A stretch of 64,000 nt of DNA. It comes from a virus. Below, one piece after another: positions 47,001 to 58,669 of the stretch; the stretch's first letter is position 1; each line of letters begins with the position of its first letter. Made by a program: the position numbers and the translations under genes. Under the pieces are notes generated by a model. That model was not told the origin of the DNA, did no database searches, and worked only from the letters and a program-made list of their open reading frames with translations. Location of the stretch: IMG/VR virus record IMGVR_UViG_3300002835_000026; one strand, written 5' to 3'.

Positions 47001-50000
47001 GAAATACCTGAACGACCTGATGTTCCTGAAGCTCCTGAAGCACCACTTAAACCTGAAGTTCCTGAAGCACCACTTGCACCTGATGTTCCTGATGCTCCAC
47101 TTGTACCTGAAGCTCCTGATGTACCTGATAAACCTGAAATACCTGATGTACCTGAAGTTCCACTTGCTCCAGAAGCACCACTTGTTCCTGATGCGCCACT
47201 TGTACCTGAAGCTCCTGAAGTACCGCTTGCACCTGATATACCGGACCCAGCTACTAAACTCCAATATGTTGGGTTTGTAGGAACAGTTGCTTCACTTTGT
47301 AATATGTTTATATAAGTACTTCCATTATATGAAACAACATTATTAGGAATATAAGTTGTAGCACCACTATAAGCACCTAACCAAATTAAACCTATACCTG
47401 AGCGACCTGATGTACCTGAAGCACCTGAAGCACCACTTGTTCCTGAAGCACCTGAAGTTCCTGATGCACCTGATGTACCACTTGCACCTGAAGTTCCACT
47501 TAAACCTGAAATTCCTGATGTACCTGATGTTCCACTAGCACCTGAAGCACCACTTGTACCTGAAGCACCTGATGTACCTGATGCGCCACTTAGTCCTGAG
47601 ATACCTGAGTTTCCTGATGTACCGCTTGCGCCTGAAGCACCTGAAGTACCGCTTGCGCCTGAAGTACCTGAAGCACCACTTAGGCCTGAAATGCCTGAGT
47701 TTCCTGATGTACCGCTTGCGCCTGAAGCTCCACTTGTACCTGAAGCACCTGAAATACCTGATAAACCACTTATACCTGAACGTCCTGAAATACCTGATCC
47801 TGCCACTAATGACCATGAACTTGGTGTATCTGATGGAGCTGCATCATTATTATTATTTAAAGCTATATAAGAACTTCCAAGGTATGATACTAAGTCATTT
47901 GTTTGATAATTTGTAGCACTACTCCAAGAACCTTCCCAAATTAGACCTATACCTGAAAGACCAGATATACCACTTAGACCTGAGATACCTGAGTTGCCGC
48001 TTAAGCCTGAAATACCTGAGTTACCTGATGTACCTGAAGCACCACTTAAACCTGATATACCTGAGTTACCTGATGTACCTGAGGCGCCACTTAGACCTGA
48101 GATACCTGAGTTGCCGCTTAAGCCTGAAATACCTGAGTTACCTGAAGCGCCTGATGTACCACTTAGACCTGAAATGCCACTTAAACCTGAGATGCCTGAG
48201 TTACCTGATGTACCTGAAATGCCTGATAAACCTGAAATACCGCTTAAACCTGATATACCTGAGCGACCTGAGATGCCTGATCCTGCTACTAAACTCCAAT
48301 ATGTTGGTGATTCGTTAGGTGATTGGTCTAAACTATTTTGTATCGCTATATATGTGTTTCCAAGGTATGATACTAAATCATTAGTTTGATAGTTTGTAGC
48401 ACTACTCCAAGAACCTTTCCAAATTAGACCTATACCTGAAAGACCTGAAATTCCGCTTAAACCTGATATACCACTTAGACCTGAAATGCCTGAGCGACCT
48501 GAAATACCGCTTAGACCTGAAATTCCTGAAATACCAGAAATACCACTTAAACCAGATATACCTAAAATTCCTGATAAACCTGAAATACCTGAGCGACCTG
48601 AGATGCCTGAAGCCGCTACTAGTTCCCAATATGTTGCATTTGTAGGTAAATTATTTAAGTTGCTATTTGTAATTGATATATAAGAACTTCCATTATATGA
48701 AACTAAATCATTAATGTTATAAGTTACTTCAAAATCCCATCCTCCTGCTTTCCAATATAAACCTATACCTGATAAACCTGAGCGACCTGAAGTACCAGAT
48801 AAACCTGATATTCCTGATAAGCCTGATATACCACTTAGGCCTGAGGTACCTGATAAACCTGAAATACCTGAGTTACCTGATAAACCTGAGATGCCACTTA
48901 GGCCTGAGATGCCTGAATTACCACTTAAGCCTGATATACCTGAAAAACCTGAAAGACCACTAACTGCTATAATAGACCAATATGTTGGTTGAGCTGATGG
49001 AGTAGCGCTAATATTACTATCTTGTAAAGAAATATAAGAACTTCCTTGATAATAAACTATATCATTTATATTATATAAAGTAAATGCATCCCAAGTACCT
49101 TCCCAAATTAAACCTATACCTGATAAACCTGAAATACCTGAGCGACCTGATGTTCCTGAAGCACCTGAAATGCCTGAAATGCCACTTAAACCTGATAAAC
49201 CTGATATACCACTTAGACCAGAAATACCTGATATGCCACTTAATCCTGAAATACCTGAGCGACCTGAATCTCCACTTATACCTGAAAGTCCTGAATTACC
49301 ACTTAGTCCTGATATACCTGAGATGCCTGAAAGACCAGATATACCTGAACGACCTGAGTTTCCATCAGTACCACTTAATCCTGAAATACCTGAGTTACCA
49401 CTTAAACCTGAAATACCTGATAAGCCTGATATGCCACTTATACCTGATAAACCAGATAAACCTGAAATTCCACTTATACCTGATAAACCTGAAATACCTG
49501 ATAAGCCACTTATACCTGAAATTCCTGATAATCCACTTATACCTGAAATACCGGATATACCACTTAATCCTGAAATGCCGCTTAAACCTGATATTCCTGA
49601 AATACCACTTAAACCTGAAATTCCTGATATACCACTTAAACCACTTACACCTGAAATACCTGATAAACCTGATTCACCGCTTAAACCTGATATTCCTGAA
49701 ATACCACTTAAACCTGAAATACCGCTTATACCTGATAAACCTGATAGACCAGATGTACCGCTTAAACCAGATGTGCCTGAGAGTCCTGAAATACCAGAAA
49801 GACCTGATATACCTGATATACCTGATATACCACTTAGACCTGAGGTACCTGAAATACCTGATAAACCACTTTCACCACTTAATCCTGAAATGCCACTTAT
49901 ACCTGATAAACCAGATAGACCTGAATCGCCACTTAAACCTGAAATGCCACTTAATCCGCTTATACCTGAAAGTCCTGATAAACCTGATTCACCACTTAAT

Positions 50001-53000
50001 CCACTTATACCTGATAAACCAGATGTACCTGAAAGACCTGATGTACCTGATAAACCACTGATACCTGATGTACCACTTAAGCCTGAGGTACCACTTAAAC
50101 CTGAAAGACCAGATTCACCACTTAAGCCTGAGGTACCACTTAAACCACTTATACCTAAATTACCTGATAAGCCTGAAATACCACTTAAACCTGAAATTCC
50201 TGATAAACCTGATAAACCTGATTCACCACTTAAGCCTGATATTCCTGAAAGTCCTGAGATGCCACTTAGTCCTGAAATACCGCTTATACCTAATAATCCT
50301 GAAATGCCTGATGTACCTAAAAGTCCTGATATTCCTGACTCACCGCTTAATCCTGAGATGCCACTTAATCCACTTATGCCTGAAGTACCTGATAAACCTG
50401 AAATACCTGATGTACCGCTTAAACCACTTATACCTGATAAACCTGATAAACCACTTTCCCCTGATAATCCTGAGATGCCACTTGTACCTGACAAGCCTGA
50501 AATTCCGCTTAATCCTGATAAGCCACTTTCGCCTGATAAACCTGAAATACCTGAAGTGCCACTTAAACCTGATGTACCTGATAAGCCTGAAAGTCCTGAG
50601 ATGCCTGAAGTACCACTTAAACCTAAAATACCACTTATGCCTGATATGCCACTTAATCCACTTATACCTGATGTACCGCTAAGGCCTGATAAGCCACTTT
50701 CGCCTGAAAGACCTGATAAGCCTGAAAGTCCTGATATACCTGATGTACCTGATAAACCTGAAATTCCGCTTGTACCTAAAAGTCCTGATAAGCCACTTTC
50801 GCCTGATAATCCTGAAATACCTGATGTACCACTTAATCCACTTATGCCGCTTAAACCTGAAATACCTGATGTACCACTTAATCCACTTATGCCGCTTAAA
50901 CCTGAAATACCTGAGTCACCGTTTAGACCTGAAGTACCTGATAAACCACTAATTCCACTTAAACCTGATGTACCACTTAATCCTGAAATGCCACTTATAC
51001 CTGATAAACCTGAAATACCTGAAAGTCCTAAGGTACCACTTAATCCACTTATACCTGAAGTTCCTAATAAACCTGAAATTCCTAATATACCGCTAAGACC
51101 TGATAATCCACTTTCGCCTGATAATCCTAAAATACCACTTATACCTGAAATACCTGATACACCACTTAAACCTGAAATACCGGAATCACCATTTAAACCT
51201 GATATACCGCTTAAACCACTTATACCTGAGATGCCACTTAGGCCTGAAATTCCTGAAAGACCTAATATTCCTGATTCACCACTTAATCCTGAGATGCCTG
51301 ATAAACCAGAAACACCTGATAGACCTGATAAACCGCTTATACCTGATAGACCTGAAGTACCACTTAAACCTGAAAGTCCTGAGTCACCGTTTAAACCTGA
51401 TATGCCTGAAAGACCAGATACACCATTTAATCCGCTTACACCTGATATTCCTGATAAGCCTGATATACCGCTTGTACCTGATAAGCCAGAAATGCCTGAA
51501 GTACCTTCTAAACCTGATATGCCTGAAAAACCTGAAATACCGCTTAATCCTAAAATACCTGAGATGCCTGAGATGCCTGATAAACCACTTAATCCAGATA
51601 AGCCACTTTCACCATTTAAACCTGAAATACCACTTAAACCTAAAAGTCCTGAAATACCTGATGTACCGCTTAAACCTGATAAACCTGATTCACCACTTAA
51701 GCCTGAAATACCACTTAAACCTGAAAATCCTGATGTACCGCTAAGACCTGATATACCTAAAAGTCCTGAAATACCTGATGTACCGCTTAAACCTGATAAA
51801 CCTGATTCACCACTTAAGCCTGAAATACCGCTTGTGCCTGATAAACCTAAAATACCTGATAAACCACTTTCACCACTTAAACCTGATAAACCTAAGATAC
51901 CTGAAATACCATTTAAACCAGAAATACCGCTTGTTCCTAACAATCCTGAAACCCCACTTAAACCTGAAAGACCTGATGTTCCTGAAAGACCTGATATACC
52001 ATCTATACCAGAAAATCCTGATAAACCGCTTAAACCTGAGGTACCTGACATACCTGAAAGTCCTGATATACCTGATGTACTTATACCACTTAAACCAGAT
52101 AAACCGGAAAGTCCTGAAGTTCCATCTATGCCTGAAAGACCTGATATACCGCTTAAACCTGATGTACCTAATAAACCTGAAAGTCCTGATGAGCCGCTTA
52201 ATCCTGAAAGACCTGAGTCTCCATTTAATCCTAAAATACCACTTATACCACTTAAACCTGAAATTCCTGAGTCACCGTTTAGACCTAAAATTCCTGATAA
52301 ACCTGAAATACCAGACAATCCTAAAATACCAGATAGGCCTGAAGTACCACTTAGACCAGAAATACCTGAATCTCCAATATTACCATTTGTACCACTTAAT
52401 CCTGAAATACCTGATGTGCCATTTAAACCTGAAATACCTGAATTTCCAATTAAACCAGATATACCTGAAACTCCTTCTAAACCTGAAATACCTGAAGTAC
52501 CATTTGTACCTGATAAGCCACTTATACCTGACTGACCTAATAAACCTGAAGTGCCTTCTAAACCTGAAATTCCTGAAGTACCGTTTGTACCATTAGTACC
52601 ACTTAAACCAGAAATTCCTGAATTACCTAAAAGTCCTGAAATACCTGAAGCTCCTTCTAAACCTGAGATGCCTGAAATACCATTTATACCTGAAATACCT
52701 TCTAAACCTGATATTCCTGAAGTTCCATTTGTACCATTTGTACCTGAAAGTCCTGAAATACCACTTAATCCTGAAGTACCTAAGATACCACTTAATCCTG
52801 AGATGCCTGAGTCACCATTTAGACCTAACAAACCTGATAAACCACTTATACCTGAAGTTCCTAATGTACCTGATAAACCTGAAAGTCCTGATGTACCTTC
52901 AAGACCTGAAAGACCGGATGTACCATTTGTTCCATTTGTTCCTGATAAACCAGATAAACCTGAAGTTCCTAATGTACCTGATAAACCTGATAAACCTGAT

Positions 53001-54628
53001 GTACCATTTAATCCACTTAAACCTGATGTACCTTCAAGACCTGAAAGACCTGAAGTTCCGTTTGTACCGGATAAACCACTTAGACCTGAAGTTCCAGTGC
53101 CACTTAAGCCTGATAAACCACTTGTGCCTTCTAAACCACTTAGACCTGAAGTACCATTTGTACCACTTGTTCCTGATAAACCTGAGAGACCTGATGTACC
53201 AGTACCACTTAATCCACTTAGACCAGATATACCTTCTAAACCTGAAAGTCCTGAGGTACCATTTGTTCCTGATAAACCTGAAAGTCCTGAGGTACCATTT
53301 GTACCATTAGTTCCTGAGAAACCACTTATACCAGATAAACCACTTATACCTTCTAAGCCACTTATACCTGATGTACCAATTGTACCACTTAATCCACTTA
53401 TACCTGAAGTTCCAGTTCCACTAAGACCTGAAAGACCAGATGTACCTTCTAAACCAGATAAACCTGATAAGCCTGATAAGCCTGATAAGCCTGATAAACC
53501 AGTTCCTGAAAGACCAGATAAACCTGAGGTTCCAGTACCACTAAGACCTGAAAGTCCTGAAAGTCCTGTTCCACTAAGACCAGAAATTCCTGATGTACCT
53601 TCTAAACCTGATAAACCTGAAATTCCGTTTATACCTGATAAACCGCTTAAACCAGAAGTGCCAGTACCACTTAAACCTGAAAGTCCTGATGTACCTAATA
53701 TGCCACTTAGACCTGATGTACCTTCAAGACCTGAAAGACCGGATGTACCATTTGTTCCTGATAAACCTGAAAGTCCTGAAGTACTAGTACCACTAAGACC
53801 TGAAAGACCAGATGTACCTTCTAAGCCTGAAAGACCAGATGTACCATTAGTACCATTAGTACCTGAAAGACCTGAAAGTCCTGATATACCTGTACCACTT
53901 AGGCCTGATAAACCACTTAAGCCTTCTAAACCTGAGAGTCCTGAGGTACCATTTGTACCATTAGTTCCTGATAAACCACTTAGACCTGATGTACCAGCTC
54001 CTGACAAACCAGATAAACCTGAAGTTCCAGTACCACTAAGACCTGAAAGTCCTGATAAACCTTCTAAACCAGAAAGACCTGAAGTTCCATTAGTTCCTGA
54101 AAGACCGCTCAAACCAGAAGTTCCTGTTCCACTTAAACCACTTAGACCTGAAGTTCCTGTACCACTTAAACCAGATAAACCACTTATACCTTCTAAACCT
54201 GATAAACCTGAGGTACCATTAGTTCCTGATAAACCGCTTAATCCTGAGGTGCCAGTTCCACTTAATCCTGATAAACCTGAAGTGCCAGTACCACTTAAAC
54301 CTGATAAACCTTCTAAACCTGAAAGTCCTGATGTACCATTTATTCCTGATAAACCACTTATACCAGATGTTCCAGCGCCACTTAGTCCTGAAATACCTGA
54401 TGTACCTGTTCCTGATAAACCTGAAATACCTGAGGTGCCAGTACCACTTAAGCCTGAAATACCTGAGGTGCCAGTACCACTTAAACCTGAAAGACCTGAT
54501 AAACCTGAAAGTCCAGATGTACCAATTCCACTACTACCTCCTGAAGTAGGTACTTCAAAAGAAGCTATAGATACTTGATCTAAAAATCGTACATTGTTTC
54601 TTGGTATGGAGTTATTGATTCTGGCCAT
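44060..54628 (-). CDS. Giant Gly-X-Ser repeat fibre with 8 aromatic modules and a C-terminal peptidase S74 chaperone
   Basis: 3522-aa ORF, mostly (G-X-S)n with X = L/I/T/A. Eight GIGLxWxG...Y..N..V.Y.G..YI...P...W modules. C-terminus YYSDERLK...GVIAQD...PEVV...[19 protein letters not shown]. Confidence 0.88.
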   Translation of the reverse strand: MARINNSIPRNNVRFLDQVSIASFEVPTSGGSSGIGTSGLSGLSGLSGLSGTGTSGISGLSGTGTSGISGLSGTGTSGISGLSGAGTSGISGLSGINGTSGLSGLEGLSGLSGTGTSGLSGLSGTGTSGLSGLSGTNGTSGLSGLEGISGLSGLSGTGTSGLSGLSGTGTSGLSGLSGTNGTSGLSGLEGLSGLSGLSGTGTSGLSGLSGAGTSGLSGLSGTNGTNGTSGLSGLEGLSGLSGLSGTGISGLSGLSGTNGTNGTSGLSGLEGTSGLSGLSGTSTSGLSGLSGTNGTSGLSGLEGTSGLSGILGTSGLSGLSGTGTSGLSGLSGINGISGLSGLEGTSGISGLSGTGLSGLSGLSGTGTSGLSGLSGTGLSGLSGLSGLSGLSGLEGTSGLSGLSGTGTSGISGLSGTIGTSGISGLEGISGLSGISGFSGTNGTNGTSGLSGLSGTNGTSGLSGLEGISGLSGLSGTGTSGLSGLSGTSGTNGTSGLSGLEGTSGLSGLSGTGTSGLSGLSGTNGTSGLSGLEGTSGLSGLNGTSGLSGLSGTLGTSGLSGLSGTNGTNGTSGLSGLEGTSGLSGLSGTLGTSGISGLSGLLGLNGDSGISGLSGILGTSGLSGISGLSGTNGTNGTSGISGLEGISGINGISGISGLEGASGISGLLGNSGISGLSGTNGTNGTSGISGLEGTSGLLGQSGISGLSGTNGTSGISGLEGVSGISGLIGNSGISGLNGTSGISGLSGTNGNIGDSGISGLSGTSGLSGILGLSGISGLSGILGLNGDSGISGLSGISGILGLNGDSGLSGLSGSSGLSGLLGTSGLSGISGLSGIDGTSGLSGLSGLSGISTSGISGLSGMSGTSGLSGLSGFSGIDGISGLSGTSGLSGLSGVSGLLGTSGISGLNGISGILGLSGLSGESGLSGILGLSGTSGISGLSGESGLSGLSGTSGISGLLGISGLSGTSGFSGLSGISGLSGESGLSGLSGTSGISGLLGLSGISGLNGESGLSGLSGLSGISGISGILGLSGISGFSGISGLEGTSGISGLSGTSGISGLSGISGVSGLNGVSGLSGISGLNGDSGLSGLSGTSGLSGISGLSGLSGVSGLSGISGLSGESGILGLSGISGLSGISGISGLSGISGLNGDSGISGLSGVSGISGISGILGLSGESGLSGLSGILGISGLLGTSGISGLSGTLGLSGISGLSGISGISGLSGTSGLSGISGLSGTSGLNGDSGISGLSGISGLSGTSGISGLSGISGLSGTSGISGLSGESGLSGLLGTSGISGLSGTSGISGLSGLSGLSGESGLSGLSGTSGISGLSGISGISGILGLSGTSGISGLSGLSGTSGLSGTSGISGLSGESGLSGLSGISGLSGTSGISGLSGESGLSGLSGISGLSGTSGISGLSGTSGISGLSGISGLSGESGISGLLGTSGISGLLGISGISGLSGISGLSGISGLSGESGLSGLSGISGLSGISGLSGNLGISGLSGTSGLSGESGLSGLSGTSGLSGTSGISGLSGTSGLSGTSGLSGISGLSGESGLSGLSGISGLSGISGLSGDSGLSGLSGISGISGLSGESGLSGISGTSGLSGISGISGISGLSGISGLSGTSGLSGTSGLSGLSGISGISGLSGISGISGLSGESGLSGISGVSGLSGISGISGLSGISGISGLSGISGLSGISGISGISGLSGISGISGLSGISGLSGISGISGLSGLSGISGISGLSGISGLSGNSGISGLSGTDGNSGRSGISGLSGISGISGLSGNSGLSGISGDSGRSGISGLSGISGISGLSGISGLSGLSGISGISGASGTSGRSGISGLSGIGLIWEGTWDAFTLYNINDIVYYQGSSYISLQDSNISATPSAQPTYWSIIAVSGLSGFSGISGLSGNSGISGLSGISGLSGNSGISGLSGTSGLSGISGLSGISGLSGTSGRSGLSGIGLYWKAGGWDFEVTYNINDLVSYNGSSYISITNSNLNNLPTNATYWELVAASGISGRSGISGLSGILGISGLSGISGISGISGLSGISGRSGISGLSGISGLSGISGLSGIGLIWKGSWSSATNYQTNDLVSYLGNTYIAIQNSLDQSPNESPTYWSLVAGSGISGRSGISGLSGISGLSGISGTSGNSGISGLSGISGLSGTSGASGNSGISGLSGNSGISGLSGASGTSGNSGISGLSGASGTSGNSGISGLSGNSGISGLSGISGLSGIGLIWEGSWSSATNYQTNDLVSYLGSSYIALNNNNDAAPSDTPSSWSLVAGSGISGRSGISGLSGISGASGTSGASGASGTSGNSGISGLSGASGTSGASGTSGASGASGTSGNSGISGLSGASGTSGASGTSGASGASGTSGTSGISGLSGTSGASGTSGASGTSGASGTSGASGASGTSGRSGIGLIWLGAYSGATTYIPNNVVSYNGSTYINILQSEATVPTNPTYWSLVAGSGISGASGTSGASGTSGASGTSGASGASGTSGTSGISGLSGTSGASGTSGASGTSGASGASGTSGLSGASGASGTSGRSGISGLSGASGTSGASGTSGASGTSGTSGISGLSGTSGASGTSGASGTSGASGTSGASGASGTSGLSGTSGASGTSGASGTSGASGASGTSGRSGIGLIWLGAYNAGTSYIPNNVVSYNGSSYINILGSENIVPTNPTYWQLVAGSGISGASGTSGASGTSGASGTSGASGTSGASGASGTSGLSGASGTSGASGTSGASGASGTSGLSGASGTSGASGTSGASGASGTSGLSGASGTSGASGTSGASGASGTSGLSGASGTSGASGTSGASGASGTSGLSGTSGASGTSGASGASGTSGRSGISGLSGASGTSGASGTSGASGTSGASGASGTSGRSGIGLIWLGAYNGATTYIPNNVVSYNGSSYINILQSEGVVPTNGTYWQLVAGSGISGASGTSGASGTSGASGTSGTSGASGTSGTSGISGLSGTSGASGTSGASGTSGASGASGTSGASGTSGTSGISGLSGTSGASGTSGASGTSGASGASGTSGLSGTSGASGTSGASGTSGTSGASGTSGASGASGTSGRSGIGLIWLGAYNAGTSYIPNNVVSYNGSSYINILGSENIVPTNGTYWSLVAGSGISGASGTSGASGTSGTSGASGTSGASGTSGASGASGTSGLSGASGTSGASGTSGTSGASGASGTSGLSGASGTSGASGTSGTSGASGASGTSGLSGTSGASGTSGASGTSGTSGASGTSGASGTSGASGASGTSGLSGTSGASGTSGASGTSGTSGASGTSGASGTSGASGASGTSGLSGTSGASGTSGASGTSGTSGASGTSGASGASGTSGASAGITSYTGAADNRVITSVNSSTINAEQNMTFNGTTLSVSGYIETSGGYYIYSSGALYAAGDVVAYYSDERLKKGLEPINNALSKVNSLRAVTYYQNELADNLMQIKHPERQVGVIAQDLQKVLPEVVKPAPFDINILDNDGNTTSKSGENYLTVQYEKIVPLLVAAIQELNDKVNNLEEQLKNK
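44610..54540. repeat. Coding 9-nt-period tandem repeat tract
   Basis: Plus-strand units such as acctgaagc, acctgatgt and accacttaa repeat for about 10 kb, with larger near-perfect blocks at the 44.6-45.2 kb end. Confidence 0.95.
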
Positions 54629-55484
54629 ATTGTATTTCGTTTGTTGGGTTTGTTATTGTTGATTCTAAATTTATAATTATTTTACTCTTACTTGAAAATT
54701 TCTTGATAGAGTTTAAATCTTTTTGTAATACTTCTGGAACTATATAACCATATACTTTAATATTAAAAGTACTTCTAACTAATCGTTCAGCGTCATTTTG
54801 TAATTCTGTTACTGTATTAAATGTATCAATACGAGTTTGGAATTGAAATTGTTCTGGGTTACCCCAATACGCATCTGAAGCATATTCAATTGCTTCTACT
54901 ATTTTATTTAATTGTTCTACATAGTAAGTAAATACTACACAACTATAAGTTAATGTTAAGTAATCAGGTACTACTGAAGCATAATATGTAGTAGTTGGTA
55001 TTCTGTTAGTTAAAACATTAAAATTACTATATATATTACTTGGAGAGTATTGTTTTTCTGTTACTGTATAGTTGTTAGGTCTATTAGCATCTAATTTATT
55101 AGCTACAGTCCTATTTTTTTCTATACTATCTCTTTTAAACATAATAAGTGGAGCCATAATAGCACCGTTTACATCTCTATAATAACCATCCTTTTGATAT
55201 GATTTCCATTTTTCAGGTGAACCATATATAACAGGAACTTCTATTCTTTCTTCATTTTGCACTACAAAAGGTTTAATAACATTTTGAAAATAATACATAA
55301 TAGCTCCATCAATATCTTGAAGACTAATACTAAATGGTTTAGTATTATCATTTCTAAAAGAAGTTTGTGTAGCTCTATTAGGATTATTAGACTTATTAGG
55401 GTTACCTCTTTCAACATCAAAAGGTACTTGTTGATCTACAAGTATCTCTTTTTGTGTTTTAGGTATAGGTATTCTTCCAGCCAT
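54612..55484 (-). CDS. Tail terminator/completion protein (gp15-like)
   Basis: [13 protein letters not shown]...PLIMF.R...VPDY.TLTY...QLNKIVEAI; follows the neck genes. Confidence 0.7.
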   Translation of the reverse strand: MAGRIPIPKTQKEILVDQQVPFDVERGNPNKSNNPNRATQTSFRNDNTKPFSISLQDIDGAIMYYFQNVIKPFVVQNEERIEVPVIYGSPEKWKSYQKDGYYRDVNGAIMAPLIMFKRDSIEKNRTVANKLDANRPNNYTVTEKQYSPSNIYSNFNVLTNRIPTTTYYASVVPDYLTLTYSCVVFTYYVEQLNKIVEAIEYASDAYWGNPEQFQFQTRIDTFNTVTELQNDAERLVRSTFNIKVYGYIVPEVLQKDLNSIKKFSSKSKIIINLESTITNPTNEIQYGQNQ

Positions 55485-56032
55485 TATAATCTTGCTTTAG
55501 TTATGTTTACTCTATCTTGTGGTACATAATGACAATCACAAACAATTGATTGATCCCAACCAAAGTTTTGTAATCCTGGATTTAAAGGATTTACATCATA
55601 TGGGTAATCAGGATCTTTGCCTACAAATTGTTGGTTTGAAATTACATTATCTACTTCAAAATATCCATTTTGATATAAAATAATATCTCCTACTTGTGGT
55701 ACTAAATTAGCTCCATAAAACTCAGTATCAATATTGTAGTCATAATTTTTATTTAATAAATCATCTTTTAAAAATGCTACTTTTATACCCCAAACTAAAT
55801 CAACACCTAAATCACTTGTAGGGAATGCTTGATCATTTCTTTCAAGTAAACAATCTAATAGAACTGGGCCAATATAAAATTTACCCTCTACATTTTCACC
55901 ATACATATTAACTCTAGTTTGACCTAGATTATATTTGTAATAAGCAACTTGTTGGGTAATAACATTACCCATTAATTCTCTATTAATAAATCTTAAAGCT
56001 GAAACATCTCTTATACTTCCAAATAATGCCAT
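55484..56032 (-). CDS. Neck/head-closure protein (gp14-like)
   Basis: NMYGE...PQVGDIILY.NGYFEV; located after the gp13-like gene. Confidence 0.7.
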   Translation of the reverse strand: MALFGSIRDVSALRFINRELMGNVITQQVAYYKYNLGQTRVNMYGENVEGKFYIGPVLLDCLLERNDQAFPTSDLGVDLVWGIKVAFLKDDLLNKNYDYNIDTEFYGANLVPQVGDIILYQNGYFEVDNVISNQQFVGKDPDYPYDVNPLNPGLQNFGWDQSIVCDCHYVPQDRVNITKARL

Positions 56033-56033
56033 T

Positions 56034-57254
56034 TTATGCTATATAAATTACCATTGGTACTTGATTTATTTCTGTTACACGTGCTGCTGATTCAGCTGCT
56101 CTTCTTTCAAGCAATGCTTGACGTGAAGTTTGATCAAAATATTCTCTTAATCTTAAAATTAAAGCATCTTTAGTAGCTGTAGCTGAAGATAATAAATCTT
56201 GTTGATTTAAAGTTACTTCAGCATTAGGAATAGGAACAGTACTATATTTTCCTCTAACATATCCTAATATTTCTTTAGTTAATGCTAAAGTGTATTCATA
56301 TATCCAACTTCTACCTACTGAATTTAAAGCATTATAATTTGGATTAGTATAAGGTACATTTGATGTGTTAGTAATTTTATTTGTACCATCTCCAAACGCT
56401 GAATCTAATCTTTCTTGTAATGAAACATATTCAAAATTTAAATACATTCCGTAATCTAAATTATTATCCATTTCTTCATTAAAAAATCCAGTTCCAGGAA
56501 CTGGAAACACTGAGATTACATTATTTGTAATTTCAAAAGTATAATTAGATAAGGTTATAGTGTTTTGCATCTCAATAGCTTGAATAGTTTGAGCTGTAAA
56601 ACTTGTAGGCATCATTAAATAATTTGTATAACCCATACCTAAACCATAAGCACCAGCCGCTGGGACTCCGCCTAAACCTCCTGCCATTGTTCCTAAGAAA
56701 GGAGCAAACATTTGAGATACAGCTGGAGGTGGTTGGTAAAATACTCTTTTAATTTCAATTCCACCTACAATACCTTGAGACTCAGCCCAAGCTTTTAAAT
56801 CATATCTTTGTACTCCTGGAATTAAAGTTAATCTACCTTTTCTCCAAGTAACGTTACCTCCTGAACCTGCTTCTTCTCCATATTGTTCAGATAATCTAAC
56901 AATATTAGCCATTGAAGGAGTAATTAATGCATTATCAGCATCAATAGAAGTTGAAGCTCCTTCAAATGTAAGATAATTATCTCTAGTTAAAAAAGCATAT
57001 AATTCATTTCCATATGTAGTAACTGCTTCTTCAAAAGCAGCATATATGTTAATATCTTGAAGTTCAATATCCATAATAGGATATCCTAATCTACGAGTAA
57101 CAAACATAGCTACACTATCAGCGTCTGTTTTAAATTGAGTCTCATTATCATAAAATCCAAACGGAGTAGGAGGAATTCCTGATGAAGGAGTATTATAATA
57201 AGATGCTGATACTTGAGCAAATGAACTAGAACCAGGCCAAATAGGTATATTCAT
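56034..57254 (-). CDS. Neck protein (gp13-like)
   Basis: RRLGYPIMDIEL; WIYEYTLALTKEILGYVRGKY...PNAEVTLN; C-terminal PMVIYIA. Confidence 0.8.
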   Translation of the reverse strand: MNIPIWPGSSSFAQVSASYYNTPSSGIPPTPFGFYDNETQFKTDADSVAMFVTRRLGYPIMDIELQDINIYAAFEEAVTTYGNELYAFLTRDNYLTFEGASTSIDADNALITPSMANIVRLSEQYGEEAGSGGNVTWRKGRLTLIPGVQRYDLKAWAESQGIVGGIEIKRVFYQPPPAVSQMFAPFLGTMAGGLGGVPAAGAYGLGMGYTNYLMMPTSFTAQTIQAIEMQNTITLSNYTFEITNNVISVFPVPGTGFFNEEMDNNLDYGMYLNFEYVSLQERLDSAFGDGTNKITNTSNVPYTNPNYNALNSVGRSWIYEYTLALTKEILGYVRGKYSTVPIPNAEVTLNQQDLLSSATATKDALILRLREYFDQTSRQALLERRAAESAARVTEINQVPMVIYIA

Positions 57255-57263
57255 ATTATTTTA

Positions 57264-57698
57264 TTAAATAGTTACAATGTAATATTCTATTGAAGCTGCG
57301 CTTGATGAAGGTTGTGCTTTAACTGACTGAATATCACTAAAATTAAAACTACCAGTACCAACACTTACACTTCCTGTCATTTTACTTGTAGATATCATAT
57401 ATGAACTACCTGTAGCAATTAAATAACTCATAGCTTCTGTTGAAGAAGATACAATTAATTTAATTGGTGTAACAGTTGAATTGTTAGTTACTCTAACATA
57501 CTGAACACTACTTGTTACAAATGTTCCAGCACCTGGTACTGAATCCATTGAAAATAATGTAGTAACTGAGCTAGTAGGGATACTAAGGATTCTGTTATCT
57601 ACAAAATTAACATTGTTAATGGTGTTAGTAACAGAAGATCCTACGTTATCTCCATTTAATGTTAAAATTTCAAATATTTGGGAAGTGAAAGTTGCCAT
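57264..57698 (-). CDS. Putative structural protein
   Basis: Ser/Thr-rich beta-type ORF with a late motif upstream. Confidence 0.65.
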   Translation of the reverse strand: MATFTSQIFEILTLNGDNVGSSVTNTINNVNFVDNRILSIPTSSVTTLFSMDSVPGAGTFVTSSVQYVRVTNNSTVTPIKLIVSSSTEAMSYLIATGSSYMISTSKMTGSVSVGTGSFNFSDIQSVKAQPSSSAASIEYYIVTI

Positions 57699-57734
57699 GC
57701 CTTTTAATTATAAATATCAAAAAAATATGGTTCC

Positions 57735-58448
57735 TTACTTAACTTTAACATTGGTCATGCCTCTTTCGTAAGCATCATTATATAATTCAATTAAGTCTTC
57801 AACTATTGGATTTCTATGGTTAGTAGTTAATTTAATTCCAATCAAGTTTTTAATTTTTGACGCAGCTGTGTATAAAAATTTAAATCCAGAGTCACGTTTA
57901 TTTTTTAAATCTACTTGATTATCATCACCACATACTATCATTTTAGAATCAATACCAATACGAGTAACAATCATTTCCATTTGTTCATGGGTTACGTTTT
58001 GAGCTTCATCTACAATAACAATTGAGTTAACAAATGTTCTACCACGCATAAATGATACAGGTACAATTTCTATATTACCTTCGGCTATATGTTTTTCTAT
58101 AGCAACTTTATCATATAGTAAAAACATATTTTGATAAATTGGTTGAACCCAAGGATCCATTTTTTCTCTTAAATCACCAGGTAAAAAACCAATTTCTTCT
58201 TTTGACACTGTAGGTCTAGTAATAATTACTTTTTCTACTTCTTTCATAAATAGCTTTTCTAATGCTATCTGACATGCTAATAAGGTTTTACCTGAACCTG
58301 CTGAACCAGCTAATAATGTAACTGTATTATTTAAAATTTTTTCTTTTGCTTGCTTCTGTTCTTCGTTTAATTGAATTTTAAATTTAATAGGAGTTTTAGG
58401 TTTACGTTTTTCTTTGAAGATCTCGTCCTCATGATGATTTGAACTCAT
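57735..58448 (-). CDS. phoH: PhoH-family ATPase
   Basis: GSAGSGKT; ITRP, IGFLPG, FMRGRTF, DEAQN, GDDNQVD and HRNPIV motifs. Confidence 0.95.
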   Translation of the reverse strand: MSSNHHEDEIFKEKRKPKTPIKFKIQLNEEQKQAKEKILNNTVTLLAGSAGSGKTLLACQIALEKLFMKEVEKVIITRPTVSKEEIGFLPGDLREKMDPWVQPIYQNMFLLYDKVAIEKHIAEGNIEIVPVSFMRGRTFVNSIVIVDEAQNVTHEQMEMIVTRIGIDSKMIVCGDDNQVDLKNKRDSGFKFLYTAASKIKNLIGIKLTTNHRNPIVEDLIELYNDAYERGMTNVKVK

Positions 58449-58617
58449 AATACAGTCGTTTAGTGAATAAAATTGTTGATTTGTTGATTAGCCCGTCTAA
58501 TACAGCGGGTAAATATGAGATAATATAGTTGTGTATATTAATATTCAAATTGATAATAAGCGGTATTTTAGCAATATTTCCACTCATAAAACTTATTAGT
58601 TTTCAATACATATAGAC

Positions 58618-58643
58618 AAAAAAAGGACTCGCAATGCGAGTCC
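58618..58643 (-). terminator. Intrinsic terminator after the major capsid gene
   Basis: Minus strand GGACTCGC-ATT-GCGAGTCC followed by T7. Confidence 0.9.
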
Positions 58644-58669
58644 CTTCTTTTTATTCTATTAATTTAGAA

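Noticed and set aside
44610-54540. Possible CRISPR array or diversity-generating retroelement
   Set aside because: The repeats are in-frame 9-nt coding units with no unique spacers. There is no cas or reverse transcriptase gene in the window, and I saw no adenine-specific TR/VR pair.
44602-54578. Long plus-strand Pro-rich ORFs (1121 aa, 675 aa and others) and His/Leu- or Gln/Val-rich alternate-frame ORFs
   Set aside because: These are shadows of the stop-poor Gly-X-Ser codon repeat. They break at the non-repetitive modules and oppose the uniform minus-strand transcription.
58429-58587. 52-aa minus-strand ORF (MSGNIAKIPLII...) upstream of phoH
   Set aside because: It has no recognisable features and could equally be an untranslated leader; not supportable as a gene.
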